From positions 16,453 through 80,452 of the forward strand of contig CAZDUS010000003.1 of the NCBI GenBank assembly GCA_964508705.1: a DNA stretch of 64,000 nt, given 5' to 3'. A program made the translations under genes and the position numbers. Positions within the stretch are counted from its first letter, which is position 1, and each line of letters starts with the position of its first letter. Shown here one piece after another: positions 39,304 to 47,892 of the stretch. This DNA comes from an uncultured Verrucomicrobiota bacterium. Lineage in GTDB: Bacteria > Verrucomicrobiota > Kiritimatiellia > CAIKKV01 > CAITUY01. The notes beneath the pieces were generated by a model. It had not been told where the DNA came from. It worked only from the letters and a program-made list of their open reading frames with translations, and ran no database searches.

Positions 39304-40026
39304 ATGAGAGAGATCGGGCCGATGAGGTCAGTTCAAAATAGAGAGATCAATGTGTTCCTGCTCATCGGCCAATCCAACATGGCCGGTCGCGGGCGTCTTG
39401 ATGACGTGGCCGACATATCCCATCCGGACGTGCTCATGTTCCGGGAGGGGCGCTGGAGCCCGGCGAAGGAACCGCTGCATACCGACAAGCCGGCCACTGC
39501 CGGTGTCGGGCTGGGCATGAGCTTTGCCGTGGAGCTCATGGCACGCCGTGCCATGAAGCCCATCGGTCTTGTTCCTTGCGCCGTGGGCGGGACTCCGCTC
39601 AGCCGCTGGATGCCGGGTGGGGATCTGTATGAGAACGCGGTGTCGGTGGTGCAGTGTGCCCTGCGGGACGGCGGCGTCTTAAAGGGAATTCTTTGGCACC
39701 AGGGCGAGAAGGACTCCGTCAATGCGGATGATGCCAACAGTTACGGGCAACGCCTGCAGCAGATGATCGGTCGCTTGCGAAAGGAGTTGATGGCGGAGCA
39801 TGTTCCGGTAGTCGCTGGTGAACTCGGGCCGTTCCTGACGAATCGTCCACAGTGCAACTTCTTTGGCATCGTCAATCAGCACCTGTGGGGGTGTGTTGAA
39901 CAGTTGCCCGCCTTTACGTGCGTGAGCGCGGCGGGGCTGACGGACAATGGGGATGCGTTGCATTTCAATTCCACCTCGCTGCGTGAATTCGGCCGCAGGT
40001 ATGCGGATGCCTATCTGGCAATATGA
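39304..40026 (+). CDS. sialate O-acetylesterase-like (SASA/SGNH) carbohydrate esterase
   Basis: 240 aa with 'FLLIGQSNMAGRG' and 'WHQGEKD'. Start may instead be at 39322. Confidence 0.85.
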   Translation: MREIGPMRSVQNREINVFLLIGQSNMAGRGRLDDVADISHPDVLMFREGRWSPAKEPLHTDKPATAGVGLGMSFAVELMARRAMKPIGLVPCAVGGTPLSRWMPGGDLYENAVSVVQCALRDGGVLKGILWHQGEKDSVNADDANSYGQRLQQMIGRLRKELMAEHVPVVAGELGPFLTNRPQCNFFGIVNQHLWGCVEQLPAFTCVSAAGLTDNGDALHFNSTSLREFGRRYADAYLAI

Positions 40027-40366
40027 GTGAGATGGGGAAGATGAGCACCGACAACGTCACCTATGGTCTCGGCAGACAGCGAGAAGTTAGTAGGGAGAAA
40101 TGACGATAGTTTGTCCGTCAAGTTCTGTAAAAAGATTTTCGGTAATCCCTGCTGATAGCTGCGCCTCTGCGATCAGGTGAGCACATGGCCCACGCCGTAT
40201 TTGGAGACGGCTCCCTTGGAGAGGTCGTCCTGCCTTGATAGATTTCCAACGTAGCAGACTGATCGAACCTATCGTTTGTGATGATGAAAAGCTCGATTCT
40301 GTTCATGAGTGCGTTATGATGCGGTCCGTTTATGGGACGACGGTAGTGAGGATTGATAGGAAGGGT

Positions 40367-41110
40367 GTGGATGTGAATATTTATCCGGCGATTGATCTTA
40401 AGGATGGCCAGTGCGTGCGGTTGAAACAGGGGCGGGTGGATGCGGTGAGCGTCTATTCTTCGGACCCGGTGGCCATGGCACGGCGGTGGGCGGATGACGG
40501 CGGCGATTGGCTGCATGTGGTGGATCTGGATGGGGCTTTTAGCGGACATCCGGTGCATCAGAAGGCCGTGGCGGCCATGGTGGCGGCGATCGGGATTCCC
40601 GTGGAAATCGGCGGGGGTATTCGCACAGACGAGGATATCCGGTTGATGCTGGACACGGGAGTGCGGCGGGTGATCCTGGGAACTCGCGCCTGCGCCGAGC
40701 CGGAAACGTTGGGGGCGCTGGTGAAGGCATTCGGGGACAGGGTGGCGGTGGGGATTGACGCCCGGAATGGCAAGGTGCAGGTCAAGGGCTGGGTGGAGAC
40801 GACGGATGTCACGGCGGTGGAGTTGGCGATGTGGGTATCTCGGGTGGGAGTGCGGACGATCATTTACACCGATACGGCGACGGATGGGATGTTGACGGGG
40901 CCGAATCTTGAAGGGGTGCGGACGTTGTGCAAGGCGGTGGAGTGTAATGTGATTGCCTCGGGGGGTATTTCCTGTGCGGCGGATGTGGCCAATCTTAAGG
41001 CGTTGAAGTTGCCGAACCTGGATGGAGTGATTGTGGGTAAGGCGTTGTACGAGGGCGCGGTGACCGTTGCGGAATTGAAGCAAATTGCCGTTGGGGGGAC
41101 CCCGGTATGA
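40367..41110 (+). CDS. hisA: ProFAR isomerase (HisA)
   Basis: 'NIYPAIDLKDGQCVRLKQG' N-terminus, 'GGGIR' and 'ASGGIS'. The start is uncertain: GTG at 40367 or 40373, while the ORF track begins at 40235. Confidence 0.9.
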   Translation: MDVNIYPAIDLKDGQCVRLKQGRVDAVSVYSSDPVAMARRWADDGGDWLHVVDLDGAFSGHPVHQKAVAAMVAAIGIPVEIGGGIRTDEDIRLMLDTGVRRVILGTRACAEPETLGALVKAFGDRVAVGIDARNGKVQVKGWVETTDVTAVELAMWVSRVGVRTIIYTDTATDGMLTGPNLEGVRTLCKAVECNVIASGGISCAADVANLKALKLPNLDGVIVGKALYEGAVTVAELKQIAVGGTPV

Positions 41111-42396
41111 TGGTGACGGCCAAGGATTCACGACTGGAGAACGGGATGCGCGTGGTGACAGCCACGATGCCGCAGGTGGAGAGTGTTTCAATGGGCGTCT
41201 GGGTTGGCGCGGGCGGTCGGTGTGAGCCGGAGGTCTGGTCGGGGGCGAGCCACTTTATTGAGCATATGCTGTTCAAGGGTACGAAGCGGCGCAGTGCGCG
41301 TGATATTTCGCAGGCGATCGAGGGGCGGGGCGGGGATATCAATGCGTTCACGCAGGAGGAGAATACCTGTTATTACGCGCGGGTGGCGGCGGAGCATACC
41401 TGGGAAGCAATGGACGTGCTGACGGATATGTATTTGAACGCCAGTTTCGCGGCGGCGGATGTTGCCAAGGAGAAGGGAGTGGTGATCGAGGAGATCCTGA
41501 TGTATCGGGATCAGCCGCAGCATCAGGTTGAGGAGATACTGGCCCAGTTGTTGTGGAGTGAGCATGCGCTGGGTCGGCCCCTGACAGGGAGTCCGGAGAC
41601 GGTGAAGGGGCTGGGGCGCAGGGAGTTGATGGCATACAAGGCGAAGCACTATACGCCACGCAATACTGTGATTGCGGTGGCCGGCAAGGTGGATCACGAC
41701 TCGTGTGTGGAATGCATCAAGGCGTTGATGGGGAAAGAGAAGACGGCTCCGAAACGGACGTTTGTTCCGGTGACTGCGTCGGTGGCGCAGGTGCTGATGC
41801 AACTGGAGTCTAAGGATGTGGAGCAGGCGCATCTGGCGATCGGGTTCCGTGGGTTCGGGCGGCATGACCGGCGGCGATACGCGCTGAAGTTGCTGAGTGT
41901 GATTCTTGGCGAGAATATGAGTTCGAGGCTTTTCCAGGTGGTCCGCGAGCAACATGGATTGGCTTATGCGATTAATTCCACGGCGCATTTGTTTCATGAT
42001 ACGGGCGCGTTTGTGATTTCGGCCGGGTTGGACCGCGACAGGTTGGAAGCCGCGGTCAAGCTGGTGGTGCGGGAGTTGAATCGCGTTAAGGACACGCTGG
42101 TGGGAAAAGCGGAATTGGGCAGGGCGAGGGATTACGCGGTGGGTCAGATCCGGATGGGATTGGAAAGCACTAGCAGTCAGATGATGTGGATTGGCGAGCA
42201 TTTTATGTCGTATGGGTATTTGATTCAGCCGGAGGAGATTATTGCGGCGTTGAGGGCGGTGACAGCAGAGGAGATTCGTCGTCTGGCGGAGGATTTGTTG
42301 AGGCCGGGCAGGTCGAGTGTGGCGATGGTGTCGCCGGAGGTGACGAAGGTTTTGGAGAAGGATGTTGCGAAGATGGTGAGAGGGCTGGCGGGGTAG
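41107..42396 (+). CDS. M16-family zinc peptidase (insulinase-like)
   Basis: 429 aa with the inverted zinc motif 'HFIEHMLFKGT'. The ATG overlaps the hisA TGA. Confidence 0.9.
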   Translation: MMVTAKDSRLENGMRVVTATMPQVESVSMGVWVGAGGRCEPEVWSGASHFIEHMLFKGTKRRSARDISQAIEGRGGDINAFTQEENTCYYARVAAEHTWEAMDVLTDMYLNASFAAADVAKEKGVVIEEILMYRDQPQHQVEEILAQLLWSEHALGRPLTGSPETVKGLGRRELMAYKAKHYTPRNTVIAVAGKVDHDSCVECIKALMGKEKTAPKRTFVPVTASVAQVLMQLESKDVEQAHLAIGFRGFGRHDRRRYALKLLSVILGENMSSRLFQVVREQHGLAYAINSTAHLFHDTGAFVISAGLDRDRLEAAVKLVVRELNRVKDTLVGKAELGRARDYAVGQIRMGLESTSSQMMWIGEHFMSYGYLIQPEEIIAALRAVTAEEIRRLAEDLLRPGRSSVAMVSPEVTKVLEKDVAKMVRGLAG

Positions 42397-42403
42397 GGGG
42401 GGA

Positions 42404-42438
42404 GGAATGGTTGATGGTTCATGTGGAATGGTTGATGG
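42404..42438. repeat. 14-bp perfect direct repeat GGAATGGTTGATGG x2 (period 21)
   Basis: Copies at 42404-42417 and 42425-42438, immediately after the M16 peptidase stop codon. Confidence 0.8.
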
Positions 42439-42637
42439 GGGATGGGTTAAGAGTGTGTCCGCAGATGGTGCAGATGAACGCAGATAAAGAGGGGGATTGG
42501 TTGAGGAGATGAAGGATCCCGTTACGGAGGAAAGTGTGGCGGACAAGTCGGGGTTCAGGAGGGATTCTTAATCGAAGACTGATCCGATTAGGATTACGAT
42601 TATGATTATGAGCGGTGGGAAGAGGAGGGGTGATATG

Positions 42638-43372
42638 AAACGCCAGAAGAAGACTGTATTGGTGACGGGTGGAGCGGTTCGTATTGGCAAGGCCATTTGC
42701 GAGGCATTGGCGGAAGCGGGATATAATGTTGTCATCCACTGCAACCGCTCGGAGAAGGCCGCTGTTTTGTTGGCTGAACAACTTGAGAAACGCGGGGTCA
42801 AGGCTTGGGCTGTAGGTCAGGATCTTTGGGATGAGGTTTCGTGCGAAGAGCTTATCGATGCGGCCTTTTATGTGGCTGGCAGGGTGGATGCGTTGGTGAA
42901 TAACGCTGCGATCTTCCATAAAGTCACATTGGCAGAGACGACTGAAGAGGAATTGACGCAGGAGTTCACGGTGAATTGTTTTGTTCCCGCGATGTTGACG
43001 AGGAGTTTTGCGCGGCGAGCCCGGCGGGGGTGCGTGGTGAATATGCTGGATCGACGAGTTCAGTCGAATGATACGGACTGCATGGCGTATTCGTTGAGCA
43101 AGAAGGCGTTGGCGTCATTTACGGAAGAGGCGGCATTGGCATTGGCGCCCGGGATCCGGGTGAATGCGGTGGCGCCGGGCGCTATTCTGCCGCCACCGGG
43201 AAGCAAGGGGAAACGAATCCGGGATTTAGCCGGGCGCATTCCTTTACAACGGCAAGTGACCCCGCGTGATGTGGCTGGCGCGGTAGTGACGTTGTTGTCA
43301 ATGGAGTCGGTGACAGGTCAGATATTGTTTGTGGATGGAGGACAGCACTTGCTTGGGAATGGGGTGTTATGA
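42638..43372 (+). CDS. SDR-family oxidoreductase (pteridine reductase/FolM-like)
   Basis: 'VLVTGGAVRIGKA' Rossmann motif and 'YSLSK' catalytic pair. Start taken at MKRQKK (42638), whereas the ORF track begins at 42602. Confidence 0.85.
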   Translation, partial: KRQKKTVLVTGGAVRIGKAICEALAEAGYNVVIHCNRSEKAAVLLAEQLEKRGVKAWAVGQDLWDEVSCEELIDAAFYVAGRVDALVNNAAIFHKVTLAETTEEELTQEFTVNCFVPAMLTRSFARRARRGCVVNMLDRRVQSNDTDCMAYSLSKKALASFTEEAALALAPGIRVNAVAPGAILPPPGSKGKRIRDLAGRIPLQRQVTPRDVAGAVVTLLSMESVTGQILFVDGGQHLLGNGVL

Positions 43373-44673
43373 ACTCTTGTCATTTGGTTGGAGTGGCTGG
43401 GGTGGGAATGAATGCCTTGGCGCAGGCGTTGCAGGGGACAGGGTGGTCGGTTAGCGGATCGGATAGGTTTGAGGATCAGGGGCAGGATATTGAGGTGATA
43501 AGGAAACTCAAGGCGGCCGGGATACGGTTTCATAAGCAGGATGGTAGTGGAGTGACGGGCGGGACCGGGGCGGTTGTTGTTAGCACGGCGATAGAGAAGG
43601 ATAATCCCGATTTGCTGGCGGCAAGTCGATTAGGTGTGCCGGTACGTCATCGGGCGGAGATGCTGGCGGAAGTGGTGAAGGATCAACGCGCGGTGGCAAT
43701 TGCCGGGACGTCAGGGAAGACGACGGTGACTGGCATGGTTGGATGGATTCTGGAGCAGTTGGGGGGGGACCCGCTGGTGGTCAATGGGGGGGCGCTGGTG
43801 AATTGGGCGGATGATTCCCGGATAGGGAATGTGAGGCTCGGGAAGTCCGGGGTGGGAGTGATCGAGGCGGATGAGAGCGACCGTTCACTTCTGAAGTTTG
43901 ATCCCGAGTGGGCGTTGATTACCAATGCTTCGGCAGACCATTTTGACATGGCGGAGACGATGGCGTTGTTCGAGACGTTTCGGGGGAAGGTCAGGCGGGA
44001 TTGCGTGGTCGGATGGGCGGAGGGGGCAGGATGGAGGTCGGTCAAGCCTGAGGTGAGTCGTGAGGGGACGCGGTTCCGCTATGAGGGGGTGGATTTTGAA
44101 TTGCCGCTGTTGGGTGAACATAATGCGGAGAACGCGATGCAGTCCGCTGAGTTATGCAGGCGGATGGGGTATGCGTTGCCGGACATTGCGGTGGCGTTGA
44201 GGGGGTTCCGGGGGATTCAGAGGCGGCTGGAGAAGATTGGTGAAGCGGGCGGGGTGACGGTGTTGGATGAGTACGCGCACAATCCGGCGAAGATTGCGGC
44301 GGCGTGGCGGGCGGTGGCGCCGCATCACCGGCGGGTGGTGGCGTTCTGGCGTCCACATGGATTCAAGCCGCTGGCAACGATGTTTGATGATTTGGTGGAG
44401 ATGTTTGGAAGTGTTTGCGGGGCGCAGGACAGGTTGTATTTGTTGCCGGTTTTTTATGCGGGCGGCTCGGTGACGCGGCAGGCGGATTCCGACGGACTGG
44501 TGGCGGCGTTAAAGGCGCGCGGAGTAGCGGCGGAATGGGTGGCGGATTATGAGGCGTTGATGGGGACGATGTTGCGGGTGGTGGAGAAGGGGGACGTGGT
44601 GTTGTGCATGGGGGCGCGTGATCCGGGTATCCCGGCGTTTGCAAGGCGGTTGGTGGGGCGGTTGGGCAAGTAA
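43369..44673 (+). CDS. Mur ligase family protein (MurC/Mpl-like)
   Basis: 434 aa with 'GVAGVGMNALA', P-loop 'GTSGKTT' and 'EADESD'. Shorter than typical MurC and outside a dcw cluster, so the exact substrate is unassigned. Confidence 0.8.
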   Translation: MNSCHLVGVAGVGMNALAQALQGTGWSVSGSDRFEDQGQDIEVIRKLKAAGIRFHKQDGSGVTGGTGAVVVSTAIEKDNPDLLAASRLGVPVRHRAEMLAEVVKDQRAVAIAGTSGKTTVTGMVGWILEQLGGDPLVVNGGALVNWADDSRIGNVRLGKSGVGVIEADESDRSLLKFDPEWALITNASADHFDMAETMALFETFRGKVRRDCVVGWAEGAGWRSVKPEVSREGTRFRYEGVDFELPLLGEHNAENAMQSAELCRRMGYALPDIAVALRGFRGIQRRLEKIGEAGGVTVLDEYAHNPAKIAAAWRAVAPHHRRVVAFWRPHGFKPLATMFDDLVEMFGSVCGAQDRLYLLPVFYAGGSVTRQADSDGLVAALKARGVAAEWVADYEALMGTMLRVVEKGDVVLCMGARDPGIPAFARRLVGRLGK

Positions 44674-44726
44674 TTTTGTAGCCGGTGGGGAGCGATATTC
44701 CATGTCGGTACAAGCAGGAGGCCTTT

Positions 44727-44811
44727 GAAGTAGGCTTTATGCCGCTGATAAAACGGCAAGTTGACTTCAGCGGCACAAGGTAGGGGTTTCTTTATGTATA
44801 AAGCCTACTTC
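44727..44811. repeat. nested inverted repeats (85-nt potential stem-loop element)
   Basis: Outer 14-bp perfect IR: GAAGTAGGCTTTAT (44727-40) and ATAAAGCCTACTTC (44798-811). Inner 8-bp IR: GCCGCTGA (44741-48) and TCAGCGGC (44767-74). Confidence 0.8.
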
Positions 44812-44953
44812 GAGTGTGGAAGACATTGGTGTAACAAGCGAAACGATAAGGTGTTTTGCATGTGACGAAGATTAATGCCCATAGTCTTCATTAATCTTTA
44901 TGAAAAGTGAGTTAACTTGAATTAAGCTCAATAACACTGTTCGGTGAAGAACC

Positions 44954-45220
44954 ATGATGGAGAAACAAGATTGGGGGAGAATCGGTTGGCACCTGCGAGG
45001 CAAGGTGCTGATGCACCGGCACTACCGTCAGTACGGGAAAAATCTGTCATGGGATCACGATCATGGTGAGTTTTGCGGTGTGGAGTTTGCCCTGCGGGAT
45101 GATCCAGAGGTTCAGAGAGAAGGTTATGCAACAGAAGATGATTATCATTGGATCTGTACCAAGTGCTTCACCGAACTGCGTGAAGAGTTTGAATGGACAG
45201 CAAAGGAAGAAATGAACTGA
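44954..45220 (+). CDS. hypothetical small protein with His/Cys (zinc-ribbon-like) motifs
   Basis: 88 aa with 'WDHDHGEFCGVEF' and 'WICTKCF'. No function recognised. Confidence 0.4.
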   Translation: MMEKQDWGRIGWHLRGKVLMHRHYRQYGKNLSWDHDHGEFCGVEFALRDDPEVQREGYATEDDYHWICTKCFTELREEFEWTAKEEMN

Positions 45221-45325
45221 CCACCGAACAAGGCCATGAACGTACGGCTTCGCCGCCGCTCATGGATGCCGTTCTGCCATCAAGGAATTATTTGCGGACA
45301 AATCTGAGAGTGATAGACCAGAACC

Positions 45326-45511
45326 ATGACTGTCAAAGAAATTGCGATTCATACAATAGAAGACCTCCCAGAGGAAGCCTCTTGGGCGGACATTCAAGAA
45401 CGCATTAATTTTGTCGCCGGAATTCGCAAGGGGCTTCGGGAGTTGGATGAAGGCAAAGGGATCCCCCACTACCGTGTTAGGGAGGAGTTTGCCGAGTGGC
45501 TCACGAACTAA
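45326..45511 (+). CDS. putative type II antitoxin (ParD/RelB-like addiction-module component)
   Basis: 61 aa, acidic, ending '...GKGIPHYRVREEFAEWL'. Its stop overlaps the start of a ParE-like ORF. Confidence 0.55.
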   Translation: MTVKEIAIHTIEDLPEEASWADIQERINFVAGIRKGLRELDEGKGIPHYRVREEFAEWLTN

Positions 45512-45888
45512 CTTGGTCGCCTGCCGCCCGCTTGGACTTGAAAGAGATTTTTGCCTACATTGCCGAAGACGATCCCATTGCAGGAAAGAAATTCATCCGA
45601 AGTCTATTCATGGCTGTTGAACTCAGGAGATGTGGGGCTTACTTTGCTTCGCGCGTTTGCGCCATTTGTAGCGGGGAAGTGTACTCTGTTTTCGCGACCA
45701 GCGACGCAAGGTCGTTGGGACGCTCTCTGGTGAAGCAGAGGCCGAAACGGGGTTTGCTGATGGTGCGTTATAGTCGGGTGCGGAATGCGGATATACGAGG
45801 TGAGGCGGCTCCCTCGGAGAGGTCGCCCTACCGATTTCACTTGGAAGCTGGCCGTGCCATGTTTTCGCGCCCAGATGATTCGGAATAG
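45496..45888 (+). CDS. ParE/RelE-family toxin-like ORF with aberrant C-terminal part (possible pseudogene)
   Basis: The first ~40 aa, 'LTWSPAARLDLKEIFAYIAEDDPIAGKKFIRSLF', match ParE-type N-termini. The remaining ~90 aa show no toxin-like pattern in any frame. Confidence 0.4.
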   Translation: MAHELTWSPAARLDLKEIFAYIAEDDPIAGKKFIRSLFMAVELRRCGAYFASRVCAICSGEVYSVFATSDARSLGRSLVKQRPKRGLLMVRYSRVRNADIRGEAAPSERSPYRFHLEAGRAMFSRPDDSE

Positions 45889-45934
45889 GCTGGAATCGTG
45901 TCACATTTCCGGAGCGTAGAGAGCCAATCCACAG

Positions 45935-45955
45935 CGGGCGTCGACAAGCGACGCC
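45935..45955 (-). terminator. GC-rich hairpin downstream of the UPF0104 gene (possible terminator)
   Basis: GGGCGTCG-ACAAG-CGACGCCC forms an 8-bp perfect stem 10 nt beyond the stop at 45966. The U-tract on the minus strand is weak. Confidence 0.4.
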
Positions 45956-45965
45956 CCTACATGAA

Positions 45966-46976
45966 TCAGGAGGGTTGTTCCTCGGTCAGGGCTTCCTTGT
46001 TGGAAGAGCGGTGGAAGAGGAAGAGAATGCCGCCGGGCAGGCCGAGGATAATCAGGAATACAAAGGGCAGGAAGGCCAACAGGAACGCCTTGTCTGCCGC
46101 CACCGCCAGCACTGACCAGAGATGGACGGAAGTTCCTTCGCGAATACCAAGTCCGCCGGGGGTGACTGGGATTGCTGAAACCAATCCAATCAGCGGCCCA
46201 AAGGTCATGTAATCAACGAAGCTGACAGTCAATCCGAGGGCTTTGCCGACGAAGGCTGAGACCACCACGAAGAGAATTTGTAATATGAGGGAATAGAGGC
46301 AGATTTGCGCGAGTAGTTTCGGGTGGGTTCTGCAGACGTAGAAGGCGTTGTAGACTTTTTCCACAACGGCAGCGATTTTGCCGATCAGCCGATGGGTGGT
46401 CAGCCGCTTGAGGAAGGGAAATGTTTCGAACAGGTGAACACTGAAGGCGAGGATGCCGCCGCCGAGGAGGGCGGCGCAAACGCCAAGGACGGGCAGGACG
46501 ACTTTGCGGGTTTCGTTATGGGACATGAGGAAGTCCCAGCGGATCAGGATCATGAAGACGACAATGGCGGCGAGGCTAAGGACTCCAATGATGCGGTCGA
46601 TGAAGATGCTGGTTACGGCTTCGGTTTTCTTGTGATTGGTTTCCTTGGCGGTGAGGTAGGCCTTGATCAGGTCGCCGCCGGTGGGTCCGATCATGAATGA
46701 ATTGAAGAAGAGGCCGATGAAGAAGATGTTATTGATGCGCGACCAGGGGAGCCGCATATCCTGTGCGTCCAGTATCAACTTCCAGCGCGCCATGCAGAGC
46801 AACAGGGGAACAAGCGAGAGGATCAGGGCTGCGGCCAGCCAGGGCCACTGGTCGGCGCATTGGCGGAGGGTTTGGCCCAGGTTTTCCACCCCCATCTTGC
46901 GGAACAGCCAGACCATGACGGCGACGGCGATTCCGAGTCGTATGATGGTGTTGCCAGCTTGTCGCAGGGATTTCAT
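45966..46976 (-). CDS. UPF0104/LPG-synthase-TM-like flippase-type membrane protein
   Basis: 336 aa, polytopic, with N-terminus 'RLGIAVAVMVWLFRKMG...ARWKLIL' typical of the family. 4-nt overlap with the upstream gene. Confidence 0.75.
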   Translation of the reverse strand: MKSLRQAGNTIIRLGIAVAVMVWLFRKMGVENLGQTLRQCADQWPWLAAALILSLVPLLLCMARWKLILDAQDMRLPWSRINNIFFIGLFFNSFMIGPTGGDLIKAYLTAKETNHKKTEAVTSIFIDRIIGVLSLAAIVVFMILIRWDFLMSHNETRKVVLPVLGVCAALLGGGILAFSVHLFETFPFLKRLTTHRLIGKIAAVVEKVYNAFYVCRTHPKLLAQICLYSLILQILFVVVSAFVGKALGLTVSFVDYMTFGPLIGLVSAIPVTPGGLGIREGTSVHLWSVLAVAADKAFLLAFLPFVFLIILGLPGGILFLFHRSSNKEALTEEQPS

Positions 46977-47890
46977 ACAGCGGCCTCCAGAATGTCTTTA
47001 AGCGTCTGCGAGAAGGAGATTTTTGGCGCCCACCCGGTGGTGGCGGTCAGGCGACTGGTATCCAGGGTGGAGCAGGGGTTGTCCGGGCGGTAGAGGGAGG
47101 GATCCTGCTCGATAAGCGGCTTGATGCCAGCGAGTTCGCAGAGTTGATCCAGGATCCGCCCGATGGCTATATGCTGGCCGGAGGCTATATTGTATGCGAG
47201 TCCGGCGGTGCCGCGTTCCAGTAGGAGGCGGTAGGCGCGGACCACGTCACGGACGTCGGTGAAGTCGCGGCGGCTAATAAGGTTGCCGACCTTGATGACA
47301 TTGCCCTGGCCTTGGCGGATGTTGCGGACCTGCAGGGCGAAGGCTGGGACGACGAAATGGGGGGATTGGCCGGGGCCGACATGATTACAGGGGCGGGCGG
47401 TCATGACGGGCATACCGTACTGGCTGGCGTAGAAGCGGGAAATATCGTCGGCGGCGGCCTTGGTGATGCCATAGAGCGAGTCCGGTGTGAGGGGGTCGTC
47501 TTCCTTGATTGGGTTCTGGCGGAGGTGATGTCCGTAGACTTGCGAGCTGGAGGCGACGAGGATCCTGGCCTTGGGCGCGTGGAGGCGGAAGGCTTCGAGT
47601 AGATTGGTGGTCCCCATGACGTTGACGTTGATGACTCCGCTGGGATTGGTGTTGGCGGTGGGGACGAAAGCGATACCGGCAAGATGCATACAGGCGTCGG
47701 GCTGGCTTTTGAGGATGGTTTCGCGCAGGGAGTCGGGGTTTGTCAGGCAGGCGGAAAAGAAACCTGCATGAGGGACGCCGCCCGGTGGCGGGTTGATATC
47801 CATGGCGAAGGCGGTGTGGCCGTTGGATGCCGCTTCCGTCAGGAAGTGCTTGCCAACAAAACCAGAAGCGCCGGTCACGAGAATTCGCAT
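46973..47890 (-). CDS. NAD-dependent sugar-nucleotide epimerase/dehydratase/reductase (extended SDR)
   Basis: 'ILVTGASGFVGKH' and 'YGITK'. 305 aa. Confidence 0.9.
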   Translation of the reverse strand: MRILVTGASGFVGKHFLTEAASNGHTAFAMDINPPPGGVPHAGFFSACLTNPDSLRETILKSQPDACMHLAGIAFVPTANTNPSGVINVNVMGTTNLLEAFRLHAPKARILVASSSQVYGHHLRQNPIKEDDPLTPDSLYGITKAAADDISRFYASQYGMPVMTARPCNHVGPGQSPHFVVPAFALQVRNIRQGQGNVIKVGNLISRRDFTDVRDVVRAYRLLLERGTAGLAYNIASGQHIAIGRILDQLCELAGIKPLIEQDPSLYRPDNPCSTLDTSRLTATTGWAPKISFSQTLKDILEAAV

Positions 47891-47892
47891 CG

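Noticed and set aside
40118-42546. Two very long minus-strand ORFs (357 aa at 40118..41191 and 452 aa at 41188..42546) antisense to hisA and the M16 peptidase.
   Set aside because: Their translations are low-complexity and Pro/Arg/His-rich, as expected for the mirror frame of GC-rich coding DNA. The plus-strand genes carry unambiguous HisA and M16 motifs. These are shadow ORFs, not overlapping genes.
45615-45965. Possible tmRNA, SRP RNA, RNase P RNA or retron RNA in the orphan 350 nt after the ParE-like N-terminus (it begins GGGGCTTAC...).
   Set aside because: There is no tRNA-like 3' end (GGTTCGAATCC..CCA), no SRP GGAA/AGCA motif pair, no RNase P P4 consensus and no reverse transcriptase nearby. 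Only short local hairpins are present. It is kept as an open question in the TA-islet finding.
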